Assembly (NCBI GenBank): GCA_030248215.1
Contig: JASANG010002092.1
Location: forward strand, 620,001-646,401
Reading direction: 5' to 3'
Length of the DNA stretch: 26,401 bases
DNA from: Enoplolaimus lenunculus
Taxonomy: Eukaryota
Position 1 is the first letter of the stretch, and each line of letters begins with the position of its first letter. The notes under the pieces are model-generated. The model did not search any database. It worked only from the letters and a program-made list of their open reading frames with translations, and was not told the DNA's origin. Positions 10,654 through 21,940 of the stretch are shown piece after piece. Made by a program: the position numbers and the translations under genes.

Positions 10654-11095
10654 TATGCCAAGCAAAAACGTTAGTCTAAACTTTCCGCCCCTGATCTATA
10701 CATGGGTCCGTACTTCTATCGATTGTCTTGGACCCTTCCTTCGGTGTTTTTGACAGTGGACAAAAGAAAATGTCTAGGGCGCGGAAAAGCCGAGCAGGCC
10801 ACCTCGAGAACGAAGTAAACTAAAATGCCGTATCTGAAGCACGAAACGGACAGCGAGACGCATCAACATTTCATTTTAAACATATATAGTTACATTTGAG
10901 ACATACATTTAATACAGAAACTGTCGATTCGTGTGTTAAACCTAGTCGGAAGCAGTGGGTTTGACCAATGCCAAACATTTCATTTAATACATAACAAACT
11001 GTTTATTGTGAGGGATTTTGGGAGTCGATGTTGTTCTACATTGCTGAATATAGATTTTCGTCCTAGGAAATTGTGAAGCCGCCGTCCCATAGACG

Positions 11096-11265
11096 GGCCC
11101 CCTGTATAGAACATGGCCGGAACAGTAGTATAAGCATATTCCTAAGCCTATGGATGAGCCTTTTCGTGTAACCCTAAGCCTAAGCAAAAAAATTAGTCTA
11201 AAGCTTAAACTGACTCTATTATAGCCCCTCCGGAAAATGATCCGGCCCTGTTCTATATATGGGCC
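11096..11265 (+). mobile_element. GGCC-ended MITE carrying GCCTAA repeats
   Basis: Collinear with 10159-10314: tgtatagaac...tataagcatattcctaagccta...cctaagcctaagc...ttagtctaaagcttaaactgactc...gttctatatatgggcc. No TSD is recognisable. Confidence 0.85.
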
Positions 11266-11369
11266 GTCGGGCCGGTATTCTGAGATTTAATTTCAGTCCG
11301 TTTACCCGACGTCCAAATGATGGTTTGTATTAAGCCGTTCTGAGATCGTTAATTTAACGGACCCAGTGT

Positions 11370-11720
11370 TAGGATGCGACTTGATATTGGTTCACCGGAT
11401 ACGGATTTAAACTGCTGACCGAAACAGGAACCGGATATATTATATTTTAAAATAATTTCTTTTTCGCTGTCTCTTAGCGTCCTCAAAGTCTTAGTCTATT
11501 ATAAAGTTCGTAATTGCTGCTGCTTTTTAATGCAAAAATACGTTTAACTCTCGCTCGCGTACATAAGTTAAAAGCGGCTGAAAATTATCAAAACTTGAAC
11601 TTACTTGCACAGAAATGTATTTGTAACAAGATGTTAAAGACGCTCACTTGCCAAAACCCGTTTTATTATATTCGGCACCAAACCGTATTATACCGGAACC
11701 GGATATCCGGTCGCACCTTG
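11370..11720. mobile_element. Degenerate TIR MITE with ccgga-rich ends
   Basis: Left taggatgcgacttgatattggttcaccggata resembles the reverse complement of the right end, caaggtgcgaccggatatccggttccggtata. No TSD is seen. Confidence 0.55.
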
Positions 11721-12156
11721 GCGACGCACCTGCCAAAACGGCGGTGTCAGCCCCTGCCCTGAAACCACCGCCTCCCTACTACGATGGAACTTCGCTAACC
11801 TAATTTAATGTGGACGAGAGGTTGAGTTTGGGAGGGATTTTAGGAAACAAGAAAAAAATCAGGGGCGTGTCTACTCTATTAAATTCTTATGAAAAAAGAC
11901 CATTGCAGTATAGTGTGCAACTGTTGGTTCTGTCTGTAATATTTAATTCGCCAGCGTAAACAAAAGTCATTTAGTTATATATAGGCAAATTTTGGCCCAA
12001 GTCTCAGGGCGCACCCTCGCGGCTTTTCCTTAGGCAGAAATTTGGGCTTATCAATAAGTTTATACTGCTGTTACGCCCATCAATGTAACATTGCCAAAAC
12101 TCCTACGTAACAATCACATAGTTCATTATTGTAGAGTTTTGTGAATAAAATTACTG

Positions 12157-12702
12157 CTACCGTCCTTTGTCTCTTGAGGCAGTGCTGCCATACTCTTCTG
12201 CAGGTATGTCCGAAACCTTTTCTTTTGTTTTCTTCTGTTGTGCCACAAATTTTGCCTCATCTTCCTCTGCCTGTTTTCTTGCAAGATCCCCATGTAATTC
12301 TGTACTTTGCTGTAGTTCAGCAAATTGTTCAATTGGCGTATTTAGCAAACGCCCGCGTAGCACTTGAATCCCAGCTGACATACGCTCTTCGTATGACATT
12401 AATTGAACATCATGTCGCGTTTTGAACGGACTTAAAAATTTCAGCAAACTACGTGCGCCCGCCTCTGTCAGTTTTGGGTGTTCGACTAGAATTTTGTCAA
12501 CCGTTCCACGTTCTGGTGCTTCGGAGTATGTATTTAGAATCGTCATCAGTTGGAAAAAAGATACTTTTCCAGGAGGTATTTTGTTCAGTGGCACTTCAGG
12601 ATATCCAACGTCGCTCTCTTCGACGGCCCTCCGATGTTGAGGAAGCGCCCTGGCAGCAGCATCTGCCAGCGGTTTAGGCTCTGGTGGATCAATGGAATCG
12701 AC
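12157..12702 (-). CDS. NDUFAF4: NADH dehydrogenase (complex I) assembly factor 4 homolog, exon 2 of 2 (join 13435-13211, 12702-12157; 256 aa)
   Basis: Acceptor tttttag|GTCGAT, phase 0, in frame with ORF 12157-12594. Peptide VDSIDP...IPPGKVSFFQLMTILNTY...TVDKI...LLKFLSPF resembles NDUFAF4 (VDSKDP...PKGKISIVEALTLLNNH...LLKYF, recalled from memory). Confidence 0.88.
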   Translation of the reverse strand, partial: VDSIDPPEPKPLADAAARALPQHRRAVEESDVGYPEVPLNKIPPGKVSFFQLMTILNTYSEAPERGTVDKILVEHPKLTEAGARSLLKFLSPFKTRHDVQLMSYEERMSAGIQVLRGRLLNTPIEQFAELQQSTELHGDLARKQAEEDEAKFVAQQKKTKEKVSDIPAEEYGSTASRDKGR

Positions 12703-13210
12703 CTAAAAAGACAGCAAATATTTATTACTATACCAACATCTCTATGTAACAACACAGTAGCAAAGCAATTATCAAAGCTTAGCTTCTATTACTTATAGGA
12801 ACCTAATATATTAGTGAACCACTACTTTAGCTGTATTACAGGTCCACACGATTGCCTAAATTGTAGTACTGTCTCAAAATCATTACTGAAATTAATGTTT
12901 TAAATTTGATAAAAATCATTTTTCCGAACGAATTAATCAAGCAAGCAGAGCGTAAGCGCACCTACAGGCCCGCAGGGCTCCAGTTAGCGATCAACCTTTT
13001 GTCTTCTAAATTAAATGATTGAGGGGCGATGCGAACCCGCTGGGCATCCACCCCTTGAGAGTTTTTCCAAAGACGCACTTCCTGCAACAGTTTAAGGGAG
13101 CCTCTGCTCTTCTGCGCCTTGTGTATGGTTTGCAATATACGATCACACATACGAACAGAATTCCCCTTTACAAAATTCGCATAAGAATATCGACCACTAA
13201 TATTTAATAC

Positions 13211-13435
13211 CTTCACATGTTTCAAAAAATCATCCAACTGCTGATGCTTTGTTTCAATATCTTTCATTAGTTCTGGGTGTTGCCTTGCTACATCATCTAT
13301 GTACATTTGTTCGGTTTTATGTCTGGGTGCTGGCTGAGGTTTGCCAATTTGAGCGTTCTCGATAGCTTTGAAAGCCCGACGTTCGACGTTGTAATTAATA
13401 ACAAAACGTTTCAAACTACCATATGCCGACCCCAT
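13211..13435 (-). CDS. NDUFAF4: NADH dehydrogenase (complex I) assembly factor 4 homolog, exon 1 of 2
   Basis: MG...NYNVERRAFKAI...KPQPAPRH...HPELMKDIETKHQQLDDFLKHVK matches the NDUFAF4/UPF0240 N-terminus. Donor AAG|gtatta follows exactly 75 codons. The intron is 12703-13210. Confidence 0.9.
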
Positions 13436-14313
13436 ACGACAATAATATCTAACCAGCCATAATTAAAAGTGCTAAATCTGATCAAAACTAATAACGACAA
13501 TTGTTGATTTGGCCTTTCTTCGGTAGTGGGGATAAAATCAGGCGACATAATGTTTGCGAAAATTTTGGTACATACGTTCACGCTCGTCTCGACTAAAGGA
13601 TTCCAAGATATAAAATTACACTATATTTCAAGAAAAAGTTTTCGATTTATTTCTCTTTCCCTAAAAAGCCGAACTTAGTAACCAAAATGCTTGGCATGGA
13701 GGTGTTGGGGAGCAAAGTGCCCCTCAGACCGCACTGAAAATCTAAGACACATTTTCGTTTTCAAAATGTTTTTTACCAAAAATTTGCTTATTATTGGTCA
13801 TATTCATTGTAAATTGCAAATATGCAACCATCTCTTCCCGGAGGTTCCAACTGTAGTCGTTTTTTGAATTTTCAAGGGGAAATTTTTCCCTCGTTATCAA
13901 ATAAGAAACTCCCTCTAAAAATCGAAAAAATCAAAAAGTTTTTCCTAGTAATACAGACAATTAATATATTGCTAAAATCCCAGATCGAGCTGAGCAGAAA
14001 TATTCCAAAATTTTGCCAAAATCATGTTTCTGGATTGTATGCCCCACTGTAGAAAAAGTGCCATTAACGTTTGTACTTTAGCGCATAAAACATCGCATAT
14101 TATATCATATTATGTCTAAGTGACAATAAGAATAACACTTGTCCTATATGCTACTGATCCTATAAACCAAAATGCATAATATATATCGTTCCACCAATAT
14201 TCAATGATGCGTAGTTCGAAGAAGTAAACATATCCATTACAGAAGTAACCTAGCCGGCAACATGCGATCCACATATATAGTGATTGTCAACGATAAAAAG
14301 TAGTTGGAGAAAC

Positions 14314-14400
14314 GGGCTGCGTGGAGCAGTGGTAAAGCATTCGTTTAAGGATCCGCATGTCGCTAGTTCAAACCCATCCTGTGTCCGCTTTCCCAGCTGC
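14314..14400 (+). mobile_element. tRNA-derived repeat or pseudo-tRNA (Leu-like)
   Basis: A-box tggagcagtgg, anticodon-like tttaagga and B-box agttcaaacc. Stems are imperfect. Homologous to 15610-15697. Confidence 0.6.
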
Positions 14401-14632
14401 TTAGTGAAAAATATGTCAAAATCCCGGTTTCGACCTAGACTGACATGGGACCCACGTCAACAGCGCAATCCAAATTGCCGCACTTCGACTACGATATCCA
14501 GTCGAGCGTTGGATGGACGATCAAATGACCACCTTGGTGAAAATGCTGCATGTGACCATATGTGAAATGCTTGCCCGTTATGCGCACATGCCATACATTT
14601 CAGTAAACTTTGTCTTTGCTAGCCGGCAGCCA

Positions 14633-16010
14633 GGGTGCAACCGAATTCCGGTTCAGACATTTTTTCATCTTCCGGTTCCGGTAATTTATACCGGAATTAA
14701 AAATTCCGGTATTAAAATTTGGTCGGTGAGAATGAAGATATTTTACTAAAAATGACGATAAAAATTAAATAGATTTTATTAGTATAATTTGCAAACCTTG
14801 ACAATCGCCGAAATTAAACCATCGAAGGTAGATTTTGCTTTTGTGGATTATAAAAATCTAAAAAACAGCAGATAAAGTGAATATCTATCTCGAAAAAGGG
14901 TTATTTCACCAATAATATTGCAAAAAAGCCGGGTTCCATCGGAATTCCGATTCCGGCTAAAATTAAGGCAAAATTTGACTTCCGATTCCAATTCCGGCTG
15001 ACTGCTGTTTCGATGCCCGAATTCTGATTTTTCGGTTATGATTTTTTTGATGATTGAACTTAGATTTTGCTTGTTCAGTTGGTTTTTTCTTAGTAAATAT
15101 TCTAAGTTGTTAAGTGTATTCCGTCAGCTTTATAAGTTGGAACCCTGCAAAAAAGAAAATTAAAATGAACTTTTGGTGGCCAGGGATCGACCGGATATTA
15201 ATTTTACCGGATACCGCTACCGGAACCGGACAGCGAATTTTGTAACGGAACCGGAGCCGGAAGTTTTCCGTATATAGGATCAAAATCTGTACACTGTTGG
15301 AAGCATTTGAGTCGTGCAAAAATATGTATTTATAGATTTAAGATTAATTTTTGGTTTGGATTTTTCATTCCATGTCAGTGTCCATTCACGAATTGCTCGG
15401 AATTGCAGTCGCTTCAAAATATCTAGTAATATTTTGACGTGCAAAAAACAGTTTTATGATATTTAGAACCACAACCACAAACATCCGGTATCCGGTAGGT
15501 TTATACCGGGGACCGGAACCGGGTTTCCGGCAATTTTTTCAAATTCCGGTTAGGGTAAATTGTAATTAGATGCCGACATATAGCCGACAACAAATATAGT
15601 TGAAGAATTGGTCAGCGTGGCAGAGAGGAAAAGCGTTTGCCTAAGAATCCGCAAGACACCAGTTCAAACCCACCAGTTACCCGCATTTCCGGCTGCCATA
15701 GTTCCACCCGAATTCCTGATCCGGCCAGAATTCCTGCAAAAATTCAATTTTTGTTCCTGCTCCATATTGAAGCTGTCTTCGAAAACTTGTTATTTTGAAA
15801 TGAGTGTTCTTGCAATTAGTTGCATTTTGTTAATGAGCTGTTTCTGATGTGTTTTCCAAAACTTGATGTCGAAATAGTTAAAAATTAGCTTGTCATTTTT
15901 CTGCCACTTTTCTAAAAAGTCTAAGAGCAATTCTGTATGACAATTATTTCAATTTCCGGTTCATGTTCCTGTTCCTGCAAAAAGTTCAATTCCTGTTCCG
16001 GGAAAGAATT
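14633..16010. repeat. Cluster of degenerate MITE fragments rich in ttccgg/ccggaa/ttcctg motifs
   Basis: CAGGG-type starts at 14633 (cagggtgcaaccgaattccgg) and 15181 (cagggatcgaccggatat). Dense ccggaaccgg/ttccgg motifs like the ends of 11370-11720. Confidence 0.55.
15610..15697 (+). mobile_element. Second tRNA-derived repeat or pseudo-tRNA
   Basis: ggtcagcgtggcagagagg...cctaagaatccgca...agttcaaaccca...ccgcatttccggctgc aligns with 14314-14400. Confidence 0.6.
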
Positions 16011-16883
16011 CAATTGTATCCAGTCCAAAATAGGATGAAGTGAAGTGTACTGTATGCGCGTTAGCTGGCTACAAACGATCCAGATATATTAGTGAAAAGG
16101 CTTGAATTTCCCGATCGTATATACTACACTTGCATGTAGCGATATAACCAAAACTAAACTCTTAAGCTCAAGACATAAAACGTGCAATGAAAAGAATAAC
16201 GAGTAGTCAATCATCTTAAACGCTTTGTTTCGATACATTTATATTGTGGTTCTCGTAGAGTCTTAAAAATTAATTTAGGATGTCAGAAAGACACGTCGAT
16301 CGTGACAGTCTGAAACATAAAAACCTAACTACTCCATAAATAGCTATATCATTAACACAGCAAACATAATTAGGTAAACATGCCCCTTGAAAAGGCAGAG
16401 TGGTGTAGTAAGTTTCGTGCCAGCGTGTAAAAAGCTTAAACAAAATTTAGACAATCGTGCTTGTGGATAAGCCAATACCTAAGCCTGAGCTATCGTGACC
16501 AAAAATAGTCTACAGCTACAGCTTAAGTTTATTGAATAGCAGCAAATTAAAAACGTAACAGTGGTATAAGCAAATTCCTGAGCCTACGCGTAAGCATGAG
16601 CATATTCCTAAGAGCACGTAGTGGCGGTCAATTGACACTGCACACAACGCATAGACGCCCGCCTCTAGATACATTATATTGTCCCGCCTTGTTTCTATCT
16701 TCTCTACTGACCTTTCTGTCTTCTCTATGAAATTGTAACTTTTTACCGGGACAATGTCGAAATTAAAAACGAAAATATTTTCCCTCCTTTGTGATAAAAT
16801 ACAGATAATATATTTAAAAATAGCACTAAATGAAAAACACCTCCCCAATTTTCCATTGGGCATCTGAAATCTGAAATCACAGT

Positions 16884-17036
16884 GAAAATTAAGTATGGAA
16901 ACTGTTTCAATTTCGTTTTTCTGTCCTTCTAAAAATCGACAATAGTAAATAAACTTCAATCGATCTTATCAATTTTAGTTGATCTTAAAAAATCTGTAGC
17001 AGTGGAAAATTGAAACAGTTTCCAAACTCAATTTCC
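16884..17036. repeat. Imperfect inverted repeat (fold-back element remnant)
   Basis: gaaaattaagtatggaaactgtttcaattt (16884-16913) pairs with aaattgaaacagtttccaaactcaatttcc (17007-17036). Weaker pairing extends outward (gcactaa / ttagtgc). Confidence 0.65.
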
Positions 17037-17719
17037 AATTGCGAGCATTTTGTAAAACTCATCGAAAGAAAATTTTTCTGCGTTAGTGCATTTCATAAGA
17101 GAGGGGAAGTATACGTCTTATAAAAATTCAGAAGGGTGGTTGGTTGTGGTACAGCTTGAAAGCGTGTCTGAAAATTCTAGCCCAAAATCCCAAACGGGGA
17201 GAGTTCACACATGAAACCCCCGTGGCTCCGCCCTAGTTTATTTTCATGTACAAATATATTAATATGTAAGCAATCGTGTTTTGAGCGCTGGTTTGCCTGC
17301 GCTGCAGGGACAGCGGGACGGCCCTCAGGGTAACATGGGCCGATACAGCCGTCATCTATATTTAAACTTAAGCATAGTGTAAAGCATAAATACTGAACAC
17401 AAATCAGCAGCAAATTTTCGACACAACAAGATTTCGAATTGAGAAGTTGTTGGTCGACGGAACGTCGGGCGACTGCTGCTAATGCTTCAGCCCATAGGTT
17501 GTAGCGTCCAAACACAACGATACATTCATTAATACAAAAAGCGGGGTATATCAAAAGCAACCTTTACGATATATCTTTTCGCCAACACTATCGCGCTTAA
17601 AATTTTGCGAAGTAAATAACCTATCTGAAGCTTGAAACTTTACAGTACAAGTAAAATAAGCCATCAGAAAGATTGGTGCGGCATGCAGGCAATACATAAT
17701 GCGTAGTCTCATGCTGCAT

Positions 17720-17995
17720 CACAATTTTATTTTTTAGTCGAAACTTTAAATTTCTTGCCTAAAGCTACGTTTTCCGTGAAAATTAATATTTTCCCGCTAA
17801 AATATGTAAACTTCGAAATTCCTGCCAAAATTCGCATTTTTAATAAATTTAATTTCACTCCAAATATAAATATCCCTCGGACTAAATTTTGAGTTTCCCA
17901 TCGAAATATGAGTTTTCCGCCCAAAATTTAGATATATCGCCAAATGTACAAGTTTCGCCATAAATTAATTTTTTCGCCACAATTTTAATTTTCTA
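17720..17995. repeat. Degenerate ~19-21 bp minisatellite with phased A/T tracts
   Basis: Recurrent 'tttt(c)cgcc aaaattt'-like units, e.g. ttttcccgctaaaat, ttcctgccaaaatt, ttttccgcccaaaattt, tttcgccataaatt and ttttcgccacaatttt. Confidence 0.6.
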
Positions 17996-19071
17996 TTAAT
18001 GTTACGCTATGCTTCAAATTAAACCCATTTAAGTGCCCAATTTGGTGTTTAGTTTTTCAGCTATTATTAGAGTTCTGCGTTAAACGAAATATTAAAAACT
18101 GTATTAAAAACTGAGATGGCTCTCACGTCTTGTGGTGATTTAGTATTATGTATACGTGTTGCAATTGTTAAACACGGTGCGATATATACTATTTAACGCA
18201 TATACACACTCAAAATAAAATTTTATATCTAAGAAAAAATGTCTTGTATTTCAGAAATTAATTTACATAAAGTGCACTTGAAATATATTTCTAAAATACT
18301 AGAAATGATATTTCTGATTTGATCAGAAAACTGTTTCTGTATTCAAAGCGCAAGAATTTCTTTCGTCCCAGACATGATTTTCTGGTGTTTTCTGAAAATT
18401 TTTTCTCATTTTTTCAAGGTTTTGTCTGGAAAGTTGTAAAAATTTCTACGCGTTTTTCGAGCAGTGCCCTTTGAATAGCGAACGGTTAAGTCCTATTACA
18501 GCCCAAATTACGCATGCGACAATTTTTTATTGATTGTACACTTAGCACAACAATAAAATCAGAACGAAGGAAACAAGCAAACAAACTGATAAAAGTTAAA
18601 ACAGCACGAAGTTTAAAACCATCAAATAGTTATCTCGTTACTGCGACTAAGGTTAGCAAAGCTGACTATTATAAATTTATGCATTTTCTAGAGTGAATTG
18701 TCTTTGAAACACCTGTGCAAACACGCCACAGTTTTGAAGTGTTTTGCGAAAAAAATCAATTTTGACACCTCCTCAGAAACATTGCAATTTAGCAGAACTG
18801 TTTCTAAAATATTGGCTAAGTCAGTGGCGACGTTTTTGATTAACAGCCAAGGGCGTAGCCAGGGGGTGGTTCATTTTGAACCATTTTTCAGATTTTTGTT
18901 GCATCAGTTTACTACTACACTAGAAATTCCCACTGGAAATTTTTATAGAACGTTACTCCCACATTCATAATAAATATAAAATGCGCACACAAAAAACTAA
19001 AAATAATACAGAGCCAAAACAGTAATGATTGAAGGAAGAACACATCTGAAACAGTGTGCAATGAACCAATA

Positions 19072-20673
19072 TTAGTTATCAACGGTTACACAATTAGTAT
19101 GAACATGATATCTTGCATTAGCAGTGCTCAAATCTGCCAAAAGTGTCGAAACGGCCGCCGTGTGTGCAAGCTTTCCTTTAATCCCCATGGCTTGTTCAAA
19201 AAACCGGTACAATGCGATTAGACTGACTGGATAAGACACCCAAAACGTGTAAAATGACGACACCAATAGCAGGATGGCTTGCGATAACGAACCTCTTGTT
19301 TCGATCAGAAATCCATCCATGGCTATATAAAATGTTTGTTCCAAGTCCCGAGTCTGCTTAACAATGCAAGGTTGACGCTTCTGACGGTCGCGTTTTGCCA
19401 AGTGTTGCAAAATTTCTTCTACAGAAACCTGCAAAAATATCAGTTTCGAAACGTAACAGCACCCTACGCAAATTTCTAATACTGAACATTAGTTTTGAGT
19501 ATATTTTTACGTAGCCACGGTTCTGACCTACTTCCAGTTTGTACAGCGTAGTAAGATCAAAAACGATGCGTCCGTTTATACCGTCGTGCAGACAAACTAC
19601 ATGAGATTTGAACAATAAGAATAAATTATATGTCTAACTTTGTATCAAACTCACCGAAGAAAAACTGACGAACAACTCTTCTAATGAGTTTATGGCGCAG
19701 CATTTTTGTCTTCCAGATGATGGCAACAAAAAGGAAGCGCCAGCAAAGCAATTTCGCTTCGTTTTTCTGAAAAATAATATAAGCGGAATGAAAATTATTT
19801 AAAGGGTTCTGTATTGAAAATGAGACAGTTACAACTTTTACATATTCACAAAATTTTAAACATTAATGGATTCAAATTTTTTATTTCTACACATCGCCGA
19901 AGCTACTGATGTAATGTTGCAGCGCAAACTCGCAGAAATATCAAACAAATATAGGCTTCTCACAACAACCCCTGCACCACACAGGAGCTTTTGCTCAGGT
20001 CCCACAGGTCACACATACTACAGTTGTTAAACAGAATGATGTGGGCTGCTACAATTGTGCCTCCTGGTGACAGAAGAAACAAGATTTAGCAATGTTTAAA
20101 CGCTAACCTTAATCTAATCTATCCGCGATTGCAGTGGCATCTTTTAAAGTCGAAAAAATATGATTTTGATCGTGCCACTTCCAAATTGAATCAGGTTTTT
20201 TCTCAATCGCAAGCTGCAGTATGCCGGGTACAAATTCCTGCTCCCATCGTGTTGCAAACACCATCGCATCATCCACACTAACGAATGTTTTCATTTCGTA
20301 GATGAAATCTTCCAGAATCTAACAAATTTAACTTTGACAACGAACTTGACAAAATTCTCATGGATAAATGACGTGTCAATCATACCTACTCGCGAGTGTA
20401 GTGGGGGAGGTGTACGTCACCCACCAGAAAAATTTTAGTGAAAAATGGTAAGGTCCTTAAATTTCAAATTTTCAATCTTGTGCTCTTGCCACGAATTTTC
20501 GTATTCTGTCGTACTTGTCTTTAGTACACAAAAACAATAACATGCATCGTAACTGACTTAATCACTCAAAATTATAAAACCTTACAAGCTCAGGATAATC
20601 ACGGAAACGCGGATATGATTGCAAAACGTTCATCTCCTCACCTTCTGTTTTAATACGCAATCGTCGATATTCC
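19072..20673 (-). pseudogene. Spliced accessory gene remnant of the EnSpm-like element (SAMD3-like 'FY.F...YP' protein); exons 20673-20586, 20318-20108, 19766-19655, 19428-19072
   Basis: Canonical splice sites (atttcag|...|gtaagg, ttgttag|...|gttagc, ttttcag|...|gtgagt, tttgcag|) join EYRRLRIK...LQSYPRFRDYPEL / ILEDF...RWEQEF / IALLALPFLLP / QPCIV...FYIAMDG...SSFYTFWVSYP...YRFFEQ. There is one in-frame stop and one 1-nt frameshift. Confidence 0.7.
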
Positions 20674-20820
20674 CTGAAATGAAAGGGTAATTGCAATTCT
20701 ACAAACTTTACAGCACGCTGGCGCAACTATTTAGATTTGGATTGTCAGAACAAATGGAAAAATTTTACGCAACAAGAGAATGGTACTGCATTGTGACAGA
20801 TTAGTAAAATGCGTTTAAAA

Positions 20821-21276
20821 CTAAAAATGAACGTCGTTTGCATTTTTGATTTCGTTACCGATATGTGAGCATAGTTGATTGGAAAAAACATTCACAGCGT
20901 CAATTGTTTCATTCAGTTGTTGGTCGGTGACATTGGCGCAGGTTCCGAATTTGCTAAGAAAGCTAGATTTAATTTCTTCGAAACCGCAAATCTCACTATG
21001 ATCAGTTTCACTTGATACAAGCTTCTCTTCGATTAGTGGTACATGTTTTCTTTTAGCTCGACCAACTGGAACAGGGTTACCAACAAACTCTATGTCCGAT
21101 TCATGCTGGTTTTTAATATGTCTAACTAAACTGCGGTGGTATAAGAAAGATAAGATACAATCCTCAACTGGACACTGAAGCGGCAGAGTTGGTTTATGAT
21201 TTATGAAATGACGTCGAAAGTCGTCGAGGTCATGAAAATTGTGTTCTTGACAAATATTACAAACTATTTTAACCAT
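20821..21276 (-). pseudogene. C2H2 zinc-finger ORF, probable N-terminal fragment of the element's transposase
   Basis: CNIC...FRRHFINH and CPVEDC...SLVRHIKNQH. Preceded by the acceptor ctgcag near 21287. The ORF ends without any catalytic domain. Confidence 0.6.
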
Positions 21277-21811
21277 AGGTTCATTTCTGCAGATATACAG
21301 TAAAAACTCAACTCGACTTAAGGTATAAGAATTACGAGGCAGATTGCAAATAAAAGAATGAAGTGTCATACATGTAGAATATCAAGCTATTTAGAAGTTG
21401 TTGCGGTTTCTAAGATTGCACGCAACGATGAGTGCACACATATCACAAGGCTTCCGTAAACCGCTACAAAAGCTAGACCATGTATATGCGATCTAATTTT
21501 AATATTACAAACAAATGTAGTCAGTTTTTCTAAACTATCCAAATTTAACTTATACTAGCGGTCAAACCTATAACGTTGTTATGATTTAAAAAACAGCGGT
21601 TTTTTATTGCATCATTGACCCGCTAAATGTAACTACTAGCTATGTTACTTTTACGTAAAACATGTTATATTGACGCCTTATAATACATCTGAAATGCATA
21701 CAATATGTGTTTGCAAGTTCTGCCTATTCCCTGAAATGTCTTTATCGGTGCACGAAGTCAATCCCAATGTATATAAAGCAAAAGAAACTTTACTTTGCTA
21801 CCATTCTAAAT

Positions 21812-21940
21812 CATTGTTGGAAGAACTTGTTGGAAGCTTAAGTTCAATAGCCAGAACACTTACTACGAACCTAATGATTGTTGGAAGAACTTGACGGAAG
21901 CTTAAGTTCAATACCAGTACCGTTACTGCGGACTTACTAT
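21812..21940. repeat. Two-copy ~65-bp tandem duplication
   Basis: attgttggaagaacttg(tt/ac)ggaagcttaagttcaata(g)ccag... occurs at 21812 and 21877. Confidence 0.85.

Larger units (their letters stand above)
9502..10708 (+). mobile_element. GGCC-ended MITE expanded by nested insertions; perfect 8-bp TSD
   Basis: Left end ggccaatgtaaagaacagggg...atattcctaaacataagcctaag. Right end ttagtctaaa...cccctgatctatacatgggtc. TSD cgtacttc at 9494-9501 and 10709-10716. Confidence 0.85.

Noticed and set aside
12962..13210. C-terminal half of the 157-aa ORF
   Set aside because: Read-through into the NDUFAF4 intron. Homology resumes only after splicing to 12702.
14314..15697. Functional tRNA genes
   Set aside because: Acceptor and T stems pair poorly and the B-boxes are altered; treated as tRNA-derived repeats.
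16516..17560. 147-aa and 127-aa minus-strand ORFs
   Set aside because: No recognisable domains, non-ATG starts, and overlap with repeat remnants.
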